A stretch of DNA of 64,000 nt, taken from NCBI GenBank assembly GCA_001643675.2, contig LSRY02000037.1, positions 1-64,000 of the forward strand, in the 5' to 3' direction. Each line of letters opens with the position of its first letter. Positions within the stretch are counted from its first letter, which is position 1. Below, in pieces: positions 38,035 through 50,016 of this stretch. This DNA comes from Monocercomonoides exilis PA203. Lineage: Eukaryota; Protista; Preaxostyla. Position numbers and translations under genes: made by a program. The notes under the pieces are model-generated. The model saw only the letters and a list, made by a program, of their open reading frames with translations, was not told where the DNA came from and did not search any database.

Positions 38035-41000
38035 ATGAAGGTTATGATCAATAATACTATGTTATTGCTTTTTCTTGTTATAGCAGTTGAAGGTTGAGTT
38101 ATTTCCTATAGATATATTTAAAATTTAATTTTTATTTTTAAAGTCAAATCTCAAGATGAGAATACTTATCCCGATCATTTTGATTTGAGAAATATATATC
38201 CACATTGTTATTCACTTAATATGCCTTCATATACTGGTATCAAATAAATTTTTTGTTATAAATAAATATTCATTTTATTATTTTGTGATATTGTACATTT
38301 TTTTTGGAACGTAAATTTCAAGGAAACTGTCATTCATCATGGGCTTTTGCTACGATTGGTGCAATATCTGATAGAATGTGCAGTTTGCTTTTTTATTTTA
38401 AAAGCTTAATTGTGAAATTTCTTTGGATATAACTTGATGTTAAGTTCAAGGTGTTACAAATCAATTCATGTCTGTTGAAGATGTTATTCAATGCGATACA
38501 ACGAGCGACGGATGCAATATAGGATATCTAGCGAACTCCCTTGAATTTTTCAGGCAGCGACGTTTGTAATTTTATTTCATCCTTCATTATTTTTATGCTT
38601 TCTTTTTTTATTTTTTTTTATTTTTTTATTTTGAATGAATTGGAAAAAAATATTTGATGGATATGTACTTTGTCGAATAGAATTAGGATTAGTAGTTCCA
38701 GCGGTGTGCAAGAAATACAAAGGAACTTCGATGAGAAGATGTCAAGATGAATGCGATAAAGACAGTCCTGTTTCCATGGTCTGGTACTTTTTTTGAACTA
38801 TCAAATAATTGTTGAAGTGATTTTTTCTTATTAATTTTTCATGCTTTGAATAAACATTTGTGCATCACAGAAGTACGGGCAGCAATATTATTTGTCCTTT
38901 GAGACAGGCTCGCAGACCATCAACCTGGACAAAACTTATTACAAAATTCCCTCCTTGGTGAAGTTCAAAGAAGAAGAGAACAAAAAGCTTATCTCAGAAA
39001 ATCCATTCAAGGTGCTTTTCAAAGGAGAAAGACACGACCCACTTGACGAGTCATTTTTTGTTTGTGCTTCTTCTTTTTGGACTGAAATTAATGATTGTTA
39101 ATTAACTTCTTTTTTCTTTGATTAAAATTAAATCATTTTCCAACAATATTGCAAATATTAATCAATTGTTCTTTGATATTCTCAAATGTGAATGACCAAT
39201 CTTCAGGAAGAGTATCGCTTGAAAATAATGGATGAAATCATGAATCCAAACAACGGAACAGTCATAGCCAGTTTTAGGGTGTGTTTCGCATTTATTGAAC
39301 AATTTGCTTAATATTTTCATTTAATAATCTTTCTCATTATAATGTTATTATCATTGTTTATTTCAATTTTATAAATGAAATGTTATATTATGAAAAAAAA
39401 TTCAATTTCTTTTTCACTTTTCATTCAATAATTCCCCCACAAAAAGCTCTACAAAGAATTCCTCTCCTTCTTCCGGAACGAAAAAACCAAACACAAAATC
39501 TTCTCCTCAAAAGCTGTCGATGTGTCCAATGAAGGATCTTTCCTCCACTATTCACACTGCAAAATCATCGGCTTCGGAAAAGGTGACCCCAGCGATGCAG
39601 AAGGGAATGACGCCACAGACGCTCATTTCATCAGTGATGACAATGCATACAAGTATTCAAAGGGGTATTGGCTGTGCCAGTGGTTCGAGATGGACTTCGA
39701 AGACGCATACAGCGCAGATGAGGTGTTTAGAGCTAACAATTCATACACACGAAGAGAGATCTTCAAGGACTACACCAGCAAGCGCGAGGAGAAGATGGCT
39801 CAGCTGACTCGGCTGCACTACACCAGCGAAGACGGCGTGAAGTACCGAAAGGGATACTTCCGCGTCGTCTTCAACGACACCAAAATCAGATTAGAAGACG
39901 ACGTGTGGGGGGTGACTGTGAGGAGCCTGGAGCAGTACGGACTGCCTGACGAGACAGCCTGCAGAAATGTGAACAATCCGGAGCCTCGTTTTGACGACAT
40001 CAAATCACAGAGAAGATACTCCACGCTACTGGGCACGACTGACGGATTCTGTCAGACGTGCGTGGGGTCGGAGCCTGCTGCAGCGAGGGGGAGTAATAGC
40101 AACAATGTGTCTACTTCCTCCTCTTCCTCTTCATCATCATCCAATTCTTCATCCTCTCCTTCTTTTCACTCCTCCTCCTCGGCCTTCAACCGCTGTGCCT
40201 TTTGCCAGTCCACCCACCAGTGCATAGCAGTCTCAAAGGAAAGCCCATCCAGCCCATGTCTCGGCGCCTGCGAAGACATCATCGCCAGTGGCTGCCCTGT
40301 CAATCCATGTCGCCCTCTGTCCCATCTGCCTCACTTGTGTGCTGCTCAAAGCGGCTGTGGCTACTGTGCATCGACGGGTGAGTGCCTGAAGATCGACGAT
40401 GCTTCGCTCCACCGCCACTTTTTCCTGCAGGGTGAGTACACAAAGAACGACAGCACTACACATGTGAGCGAGCTGACCACGTTCAACCGTCTGGTCAACT
40501 CAGCCAATTCGCACTACGCCAGCCGCGTTGTGCCGCCCGAGCAGAGCTCAACAGCTGGAGATTACTGCCCTGTGCTGTTGAGGACACGATATGAAGCTGA
40601 GCATTCATTCCCGTGTCTCACACACAGCACGAAGGATGACTGTTTGGCAAGTGAAGGAGGCAACTGCGGGTGGTGCACTGAGACTGCGCAGTGTCTGCCA
40701 ATCAATCCTGATCTCAATGGGAGTTTGAATGCAGAGCAGCAGAAGCTTCCCTATCAGCCTCTGATTGGGCGCTGCCGATCGAAGCACTTTCTGATCAACG
40801 GGACAGTCGTAAAGCCAGCCGAAGAGCCAGCCAGCTGTGCAGCAAGACTGACGCCTGCAGCTTGTGTCACGCCTGAAGCGATGAATGGAGAAGGAGGTTT
40901 CTGCAAAGCAGCGGCAATGAGATCGAATGAGCTGTCGTGCTATTGGGATTACAAGCAGCACACGTGCAAGGAATGCGATGGAAACACACCAGAAGATATG

Positions 41001-41756
41001 AGAAAGCAGTACAACTATGCTGCAGAAGAGGACTTCTGCTCAGCGATGGATGTGACAGCCTGCCAGCGGCACTTCGATTTGAAGGGTGATGTCAGATGTT
41101 CGTGGTGCGAAGACAGAGAGGCGTGTGTGGCTGTCCGGAATGACACAAACAATCAGATCCATCCTGTTCTGATGGGATGTGCGCGCCTGCAGAGAGAGAA
41201 AGAGGTGCATGTGCATTCGGACTGCACTTCGAGGGTGTCGTGCACATCGTGCTTGAGGCAGAGTGGCTGTGCGTGGAATGCAAATGGCAGGATGTGTGTG
41301 GACAGACAACAATCAGGGCAGTCGATGCAGTCAAAGAAGGCGAGGAATGTGAAAGGAGAAGAGGGTGAAAGAGAAGGAAAAGAAGGGTTTGAGTATTCAG
41401 AGCTGTATAGAAGGATGCATCACACTTCACATTCATCATCATCTTCTTCTTCTTCTTCTCAAAATACAGATAACTCTACTAACTTCTCTGATCAATCATC
41501 TTTCTCCTTCCCTTCTTCTTCTTCTTCTTCTTCTTCTTCTTCCAATGACGATCTGATCGTTTCCTATGCGCACTGCCCGCACCGTGTGGGTGATCCTGCG
41601 TTCTCCCCTGTGGATGTGCTGATGTCATCCATCGAAGCGAAAAGAGCACAAATGAGTGGAGCTTTCTTTGACAGAAGAATGAATGGGTGGAAGGGGATGG
41701 TGATGGCTGTGGGTTCTCTTGTGATATCTTTGTTTGGAGCAGCTGCTTTGTTTTGA
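38035..41756 (+). CDS. Secreted or surface cathepsin-B-like (papain C1A fold) pseudo-protease fused to PSI-like Cys repeats and a C-terminal hydrophobic anchor; about 8 exons
   Basis: Small exons missed by the ORF track translate to a signal peptide, YPDHFDLRNIYPHC, TGNCHSSWAFATIGAISDRMC, MSVEDVIQCDTTSDGCNIGY, IMDEIMNPNNGTVIASFR. The last exon gives HYSHCKIIGFG, YWLCQW, KGYFRV, then CGYC/CGWC/CSWC/CAW repeats and MVMAVGSLVISLFGAAALF-stop. Confidence 0.8.
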
Positions 41757-41788
41757 GATTGAAGAGGGGGAAAACAAGAAAGATGGTG

Positions 41789-41862
41789 AAAGAGAAAGAG
41801 AAAGAGAAAGAGAAAGAGAAAGAGAAAGAGAAAGAGAAAGAGAAAGAGAAAGAGAAAGAGAA
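41789..41862. repeat. (AAAGAG)n microsatellite in the 3' flank
   Basis: Directly visible hexamer array. Confidence 0.9.
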
Positions 41863-43218
41863 TGTAAAGTTGTCTGTGTTTTTTATTGTTCATTTTTTTT
41901 GATTTATTTATTCACTTTGGTTGCATTTTTATTTCCTTCACCTTCTTCGCCAACTTCTCCTCCTGTTGTTATTCATAAACATGTGAATTGAGCCTATCAG
42001 AATAACAGAAATGAAATAAACATATTTCAGTTGTTTTCTGTTATTTAATGTGAAGATTGAATTCAAGTTGATTTTAAACTTATTTTTAACTTGAAGGTTT
42101 TTTTTATTTAAGTTTATCTGGAAATTCATTATTTTATTAACTACAAAATATCGTTCAATTGTATAACCGCATTTATTCTCTTTGATAATATTATCGCTTG
42201 TCTAACCTAACTCTATCTGGAATAAAGACTTATAAACTCATCCACATTGCATTTGATTTCAATTTTGATTGAAATCTCTCTCATTTGATATCGTTTGTTT
42301 GTCTGCCTGTTTCTTTGGCAATGAATCTCTTCTTCTTCTTCTTCTTCTTCTTCTTCGTTATTCTCTTTTTATGTTATCATTGAAATACATAAATGAAATA
42401 TTTCGTTTTGTATTTGCTATTCACAAAGGGAAATTTCACTTTATCTTTCTTTATTTCTTTTTATCTCTCATTTTCCTTCTCATTTTCTTTGTTAAGCGCA
42501 TTGGATGTCATATTATCCAGTTTATTTTTTTATCATATTTTTTTTCAGACTTATTTGGAATCCTTTTGCTTGTTGTACATTCGAAAATCCTATTTAAATT
42601 TCTTTTTTGATTATTATTCTTATTCAACAAATCACTTTGATAGGTTTTTTTTTTTATTATTATTATTTCCTTCGACTTTGCTTTTATTGAAGTGTGTTCG
42701 TTTTTTTTTTTTTTTCTGTTTATCCTTTTTTTCTCAAACGAGAGTAAGGAAAGCTTAAGGAATGGACTCATACTTCGTTTTTATTGAGCTTTATTTCAAC
42801 TTTCTATTTGTGTTGTTGAAACTAACGTTGCACTATTCATTTCACACAAGAATTTGTTAACTTTATTTTATTTTATTTTTTCTTTTTCAATAAGCACATT
42901 TTTTTTTAAATAAGCATTTTCATTAAGCTCTTTTAATAAATTAGACCTTCAATCATAATTTCTTCATTTATTTCTTCATTGAAATCAAAATGAAACAAAA
43001 AAAGTTTTTTTCCTTTTTAATTTTTTTTTTTCAAATGCACACACACATTTGAAATGCAGTGATTATTATAAACAGAATAAAAGCGAATGTGCAACAATCC
43101 AACCCAATCCAAATTAAGAAAACTGCAAAAAAAATATGAAAAGCAAATATTCATAAATAAATAGTCCCTCATAAGTCCATTCGACTTTATTCACAGTTGA
43201 TAAATCCTTTTCCTTCTC

Positions 43219-44718
43219 TTACTCCTTTTTCTCTTCTTTCTTCTCCTCCTCTCCTTCTTCTGCACGCTTTCCTGTCGCCTTCACAATCTTCTGCGTTGCC
43301 AGAAAGTCCATAAACATCGCCTGCAGCTCTGTAATATCTGCAAATATCTCCGTCGTGTTCGCCTTTGTGAATGAATAGTTGTCTCTCAGCAGCACTCCAT
43401 TCGCAATCACCCAACGCGCCTCTGACCCATCCGAAGCCCAAATCAGATTCTCCACAACATTCCGCTTCGACGTTGGAATCAGATTTGGCCGTGTCAAATC
43501 AATGACTGCTAAATCCATGTCATATCCAACACGCACCTGCCCGACTTTCAGACGCAGCATCTTCCCAGGAATCGCTGTGATCATCTTCAGCGCATCAATC
43601 GCAGGCACACGCTTCGCATCGTGGTGAAGTCCTCTCTGGTATTGTGATGCCAGTCTTGCAGCTGCCAGGATGTTCTGGTTGTCTGCAGAGCCGCTGCCAT
43701 CTGTGGAAATAGCAACGTCAATGCCCATTGAACGCATCTTCACAATATCCGGCATGCCTGATCCCAAAATGGTGTTAGCCAGCGGGTTGTGCACTATCTT
43801 CACGCCGTACTTTGCAATCAGCTCCAGATCGTGGTCGGTTGAGTGCACCTGGTGCGCCAGCATCGTGTCCTTTGAGAGGAATCCGATCGACTCCAGAAAC
43901 TCAACTTCAGTCATCTTGTACTTCTCCCTGAACCATTGTGTGGTTCCGTACTCTTCGGCTGAGTGGATGTGGATGAGTGTTCCGTGCTTCTCCGACCACT
44001 CCTTCTGCTGCTTCAAGATCTCCGGCCCGTTCGAGAACACCTGGTCAGGCCCTGGAATCACCCATGTTCGGGGAGTGTCCTTGAATTGGTCCCAGTATTT
44101 GTCAAGGCGCTGCGTTGCCAACTCAACTGGCAGATCCAAAACTCGAGGATCGTAGTTTCTGTCTTGCGAGCCAACAGCGATAATCATTTTTGTTCCCATT
44201 TCCAGATTTGCATGTACCAGATCTGGAACATAGTACTTGTTGAAGTTGCAGTGGTGCGTCAGTGCAGTGGTTATTCCATATGATAAATCATCAACACGAG
44301 CTTTTCTATATGCAATAAGATTTGCAGATTTTCCAAATTTAGCTTCAAGTTCTTCACGTTTTTCCGACAAAAATCTTGTGAAAGGATTAATTGCTCCATC
44401 AAGCCAATCAACAAGAGGCATGTCTTTGCAAATACCAATGATCGTTGCTTCGTGATCATGGCCATGTGCTTTCACAAAACCTGGCAAAATAGCAGCCTTC
44501 AATTTGGGAATCTGCTCTTTGGTTGTATTTGTTATATCTTTTCCAACAATTGTAAGATCATCTCCATATTCCTTCAGAATTCTTTCTCCAATTTCTGGAG
44601 TATAATGACCGCATTCTTTGATGGTTGAGCCCTCTCCAAGCACATATCCATCTTCTATTCTCTCTTCAGCTCCTTCTTCCTCACTCATTGAAAGAAGATA
44701 ATCTGCTCTAACAATCAT
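43219..44718 (-). CDS. Metal-dependent amidohydrolase, MtaD/AtzA (5'-methylthioadenosine/S-adenosylhomocysteine deaminase-like) subfamily; intronless
   Basis: ILPGFVKAHGH (HxH), IHIHSAEE, LAHQVH, VHNPLAN, ISTDGSGS, GYDMDLAVID and VIANG motifs; 499-aa unbroken ORF. Substrate is not determinable from the sequence. Confidence 0.88.
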   Translation of the reverse strand: MIVRADYLLSMSEEEGAEERIEDGYVLGEGSTIKECGHYTPEIGERILKEYGDDLTIVGKDITNTTKEQIPKLKAAILPGFVKAHGHDHEATIIGICKDMPLVDWLDGAINPFTRFLSEKREELEAKFGKSANLIAYRKARVDDLSYGITTALTHHCNFNKYYVPDLVHANLEMGTKMIIAVGSQDRNYDPRVLDLPVELATQRLDKYWDQFKDTPRTWVIPGPDQVFSNGPEILKQQKEWSEKHGTLIHIHSAEEYGTTQWFREKYKMTEVEFLESIGFLSKDTMLAHQVHSTDHDLELIAKYGVKIVHNPLANTILGSGMPDIVKMRSMGIDVAISTDGSGSADNQNILAAARLASQYQRGLHHDAKRVPAIDALKMITAIPGKMLRLKVGQVRVGYDMDLAVIDLTRPNLIPTSKRNVVENLIWASDGSEARWVIANGVLLRDNYSFTKANTTEIFADITELQAMFMDFLATQKIVKATGKRAEEGEEEKKEEKKE

Positions 44719-45654
44719 GTATTTTGTCTAAAATAAATCAAAAAATAATAATCGCTCACTTATGTGCAATAACTAATTAACGAAATCGTGAAACCAACCT
44801 CTGATTTCGGTCCGAATGATTCCATCATAAAAAATTACAAAAGTCTTTTTTGTGAAAAACAACAGGAAATCAATGGGTTAAAAGGATCAGACACAAGAAT
44901 ATTTTTCAGAAACATATCGAATTCGGGTTCTTACAGAAAAATTGAAATTGAAAATTTTCTAACAAAAAGATATACCAAAATGGAAAATCAGAGGCAAATA
45001 TTTTTTTTCTCACATGAAAAACAAAGAGAAACTAATAAAATGAAAAAAAAAACTTCAAAATCGAAGTTGTTAATTTTGTTACCAAAATAAAAAACTATGT
45101 CATGAAAGAAACTTGAAATGAAAAAAGTTGAAAAAAGCAAATCCTATTTTATTCATTATCCATATTATAAAAAATCATTCAAAAATTTCAGATATTTTTT
45201 AATAGGAATATTGAACAAGAATGAATATAAATGTGCCTTATTCATTATTCAATAATATTTGAATTTCTCTGAAAAAAGAAAATGAGATTAAAGTGTGGAA
45301 ATAACTTTTTTGTTCATTTGTGTAAAGAATAAGAAATTTTCAACACAAACTTTCAAAAATTTTTCTTTAATTATTATTTTTTTAATGTTTTGAATATTGG
45401 TTGATTGAAATAAAAAATTAGCATTTCAATCGATATGAAAACTTGAAAAAGTTAGAGTTGAGAAATATTTCTTGATCAAAAAAATATTACCTTATTTCGT
45501 ATAATTCATACGGAAAAAGAATATTTCCTTTATTTTCGAAGAAATTTGACCTTATATAAGTTTGATAAATTTTATATTAGTTTATGAAATTACGAATTAT
45601 ATCATTTTGTGAAATGAACAATTTAAACTTTATAAATAGAGAAATATTCGAAAA

Positions 45655-46777
45655 ATGTCATTATTATCTTCTTCTTCGACTCCATCTGGGAAAAAGCTTG
45701 CATCTCCAATTGTAAAATCAGAACAACAATCTGTTGATTATTATTTTGATTCCTATTCGCATTCTGGTATGATGATCTTGATCTATTTCTGAAATTAAAA
45801 ATTTCGACTTGTTTGCCAATTTTTCAAAAGGAATACATGAAGAAATGCTTAAAGACACTGTTCGAACAAAAACTTACAGAGATGCAATAATTAAAAATCC
45901 TCAATTATTTCGCGGTAAGATTGTTCTTGATGTTGGATGTGGAACTGGAATTCTTTCAATGTTTGCTGCGCAAGCGGGGGCAGCACATGTATATGGTATT
46001 GACGCATCAAACATAATTGATTCTGCGCAGCAAATAATTGAAGAAAATGGATTTAAGCAAAAAATCACATTAATTAGAGGAAAAGTTGAAGAAATTACTC
46101 TTCCTGTTGAAAAGGTAGATATTATTATTTCAGAGTGGATGGGGTATTGTTTGTTGTATGAAAACATGCTAGAGACAGTGTTGATTGCGAGAGATAAATG
46201 GTTGAAACCAGATGGAATTCTTTTACCGGATAAAGCTCGCATGTTTATTTGTGCAATCGAAGATGGAGACTACAGAAGAAGCAAGATCAATTTTTGGGAT
46301 CATGTATATGGATTTAGGATGAGTTGTTTGAAAAAAGAAGCATTGAGAGAGCCTTTGGTGGATGTTTGTGAGCCGCAGCAGGTTAGTACAAATGTGTGCC
46401 AGATGATTTCATTTGATCTGGAAAAAGTTAGCGTACCTGAGCTAAGTGTGTCTGTGCCATATAGCGTTAAAGCATCTCGCTTTGACAAAATCCATGGAAT
46501 GCTTGTGTTTTTTGACGTTCTATTTTCGCATGGCTCGTCTGTGTTCACAATGTCTACTTCTCCAATGAAACGTCCAACACATTGGAAGCAAACGGTATTT
46601 TATATGCCTGTGCCAATGTCGATTGAGCCAAACGAAACAATCAGTGGGCAATTTAGCATGACTCCTAATCCAAGAAATAAGAGAGATATGGACATTGAAA
46701 TTAGTTTTAACCACAAAAGAGGTTTTGGCCCAGGAGCCCCAACTGAAAGTCAGTCCATGAAATACAAATTAAGGTAG
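45655..46777 (+). CDS. PRMT1: Type I protein arginine methyltransferase (PRMT1-like); intron 45767-45830
   Basis: Spliced DYYFDSYSHSGIHEEMLKD, VLDVGCGTGILSMF, DIIISEWMGYCLLYE (double-E loop), THWKQT loop. Confidence 0.95.
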
Positions 46778-49008
46778 TGATTGAAATTTCAATTCAAAAT
46801 GTTCGGAGTGGGGTCAGAAATCTTTATAATGAATTTATCATTTCACTCATTTCGCAATATTTTCCTAATGTTTTAGTTAATATTTATTTAAAGGCAAAAG
46901 TATTTTAACTTTTAAGGAGCTGTTCAATTTTCATCTTGTATTATTACAGCAGTTATTCATTGCTTAATGAATATAATAGTTATTAAATATTCGGTGAAAT
47001 AAAAAAATGAACAATAGAATATTTTTCTGAAACGATAAGGCTGATCTTTTTAAAATCAGACTTTCGTTTGAATTTTGATCAAAATAATAATCTCGATGTG
47101 ATTAAGAAAAAATAAATTTTAACATTTTATTCAAACAGTTAACGATGTCGTTTTTGCAAATAAATATTATTTATAAAAAATTTTCATCGAAATTGATATT
47201 TTGATCGCAACTCGAACGAAAGTCGGATTTCATAAACGAAAAGTCAAATTCAGATAATCTAATCCATTTGAAATAAAACGTGTGTTCCTCTGTGACTATT
47301 GATAGATAAATTTTGTTTAATGACAGATTAAGAGATAATTTTCACATCAGAACCATTTCAGAAGAAACTATCATTTAGAATGAAAAAATTGTTATATATT
47401 AATTCAAATCAGAAAAGCATGAAAAATACGTTTGCCAAAAAGGTTGTTGATAAAAAGAAAAGTTTTAATTTTTCGATTATAGGACTTTCTGTGAAGTCAG
47501 TGACTGTCAATAAAGTTAGTAACTTGCAGAGCAGGAATTTTTATTTTATTTATGAAACAAAGAACAGTTTGAAGAATAAAATAAAATGATGAATTCATGA
47601 TTATTGACATATATAACGAAATCCCTAATAATCTGCAAAAATAAATATTACTTATCAAAACAAACACTGACGTTATTTTTCTATTTCTGATGGACGTGGA
47701 AAAGATTATTTTATCTGTTTCATATGTTTATTTGATAAATAATGTTTCCGAATGAATAATGTTCTTTTGTTTCAATTGATTCTGAAATATAAATTTGAGC
47801 ATTTGTATGATTGAATCCAGACTTCATTCACTTGTGAGGTTTTCACACGAATCTTCTTTTTTATTGTTTTTGCTTGTGGAATTATTTTTTGAAATCACAG
47901 TGTTTTTTTATCAGAAAAAATTCTTTCGTTTTTTGTATATGGGGGGAAATATGTACTTTCAAGCTTTTTTCGCACATTGCACTTGAAAATTGTTTCACTC
48001 ATGTCATTTCTGAACTCTCTCAGATTTCAAAATTAAATGGATTCTCATATCTATTAACATATATTATTGATATCACAACATAACGTTTTGAGTTCTCACA
48101 CATATTTCAATAAGAAAACATATTTTCCCCACATTTTTTGATCACAAGAAATCAATTAAAAGTGCATTATTTTTCAATGAAAAAGCTTGAAGTCACTCAT
48201 TATCCCCTATGAAAATAAATAATTATAATCACAATTTTTTTTCTCATAATTTTGTTCAAAATCACAAAAAAATTTTCTAAAGCCAATTCTTTCAGTCGGT
48301 TTAGCTGTCGAATTTATATTTGAATTTCCTTTTTGTTTAAGTTAACATATCATGATAATTTCAGTTTTTTGAAAAAGCGTAATTCACACTAAAGTCTTTC
48401 CACTGAAAATAAGTGAATTTTCTATTTCAGTTGCAAAATTTTTAATTTTGTTTTTTAAAATTGTTGAAATGTTTTTGAATGGTGTCAGCGGTGAGTTGTT
48501 TAAAAAAATCAAAAAGAAAGATTAAGAGATAATCACCAACGCAATAAAAATTCAAAATCTTCATGTTATTATAAGTGTTTGTTATTTTTTTTATTAAATT
48601 TTCTTTTCTTTTATTTTTATGAAATAAAATGTTCTCTATTTGTCCCAAAAAAATTCCAATTTAATAGTGGTGATGTTATTATATTATTCAAGTTATGTTT
48701 CAAAAAGATAGAAAACATTCTTTCAAATTAAAGATATGTGTGAACAAGTCAGCTATTAATTTTTGATTCAAATCGAAACTGTGAATTTATTAAAAAAAAT
48801 GAGAAATAAATAAACCTGAGTGACGTAATGACCATTGACGTGAAAATTTTCAATTCTGACGGACTCAACAAAAATATTCACTTCAGTGATTTATTGAAGT
48901 TTTTTTAATTTTTCGTGAAAGCTCAAAAAAATCAAATAATTCATAAAATTTCATTTTGAAGTTTATTATTTATGCAAGAAAATCAAAATACTTTTTTTCT
49001 CGCTATTA

Positions 49009-50016
49009 GGGTCAACTTTTTAATGGGACTTTTTCCCTTATTGGCACTTTTTTTGTTTTTGACTGCCAACTTTCAACAAACATTGATTGGCTTTCAGTGC
49101 TTCAAAAAACCTTTTTTACAAGTTTAACACAATTTATTTACAGTTTGTTTTTTAAATTTTGCTTATTACACATTGAGAAATTACGTTTTTTTGTTAAATT
49201 TGAAAGGACTTTTTCTAGCCAACTGGGAATCGCTCAAGAAATTGATGAGCTGTTTTGAATAGCAAATACTATTATCTAACTACTTTTAAATTCTTTTTTT
49301 TCACTATCACTTTTTTCTTGTTTTTTTCACATTTCATTTTTTTAACAACATTCTAACATAAAACCGATTATTTCTTTGTTCATATAATGAAATGAAAAAA
49401 ATAAAAATTTGATATGAAAAACAAATAGTCTAATAATAAAGTGTTGGAAAAATGATACATTAATTTTTTCTATTTGTCAAGAACTTAACTTTTTTACAAA
49501 AACTTGATCATCGATTATATAAAGTTAGCGCCATTTGTCCGTTTCAGATAAATAGAAAAAATTAATGTATCATTTTTCCAACACTTTATTATTAGACTAT
49601 TTGTTTTTCATATCAAATTTTTATTTTTTTCATTTCATTATATGAACAAAGAAATAATCGGTTTTATGTTAGAATGTTGTTAAAAAAATGAAATGTGAAA
49701 AAAACAAGAAAAAAGTGATAGTGAAAAAAAAGAATTTAAAAGTAGTTAGATAATAGTATTTGCTATTCAAAACAGCTCATCAATTTCTTGAGCGATTCCC
49801 AGTTGGCTAGAAAAAGTCCTTTCAAATTTAACAAAAAAACGTAATTTCTCAATGTGTAATAAGCAAAATTTAAAAAACAAACTGTAAATAAATTGTGTTA
49901 AACTTGTAAAAAAGGTTTTTTGAAGCACTGAAAGCCAATCAATGTTTGTTGAAAGTTGGCAGTCAAAAACAAAAAAAGTGCCAATAAGGGAAAAAGTCCC
50001 ATTAAAAAGTTGACCC
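49009..50016. mobile_element. Non-autonomous foldback/MITE-like element: ~467-bp inverted arms, 74-bp spacer, TA duplication
   Basis: 49009-49475 is the reverse complement of 49550-50016, with no mismatch in the stretches checked. Ends TA|GGGTCAACTTTTTAATGGGACTTTTTCCCTTATTGGCAC resemble the TIR of the pogo element at 50857. Confidence 0.9.
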
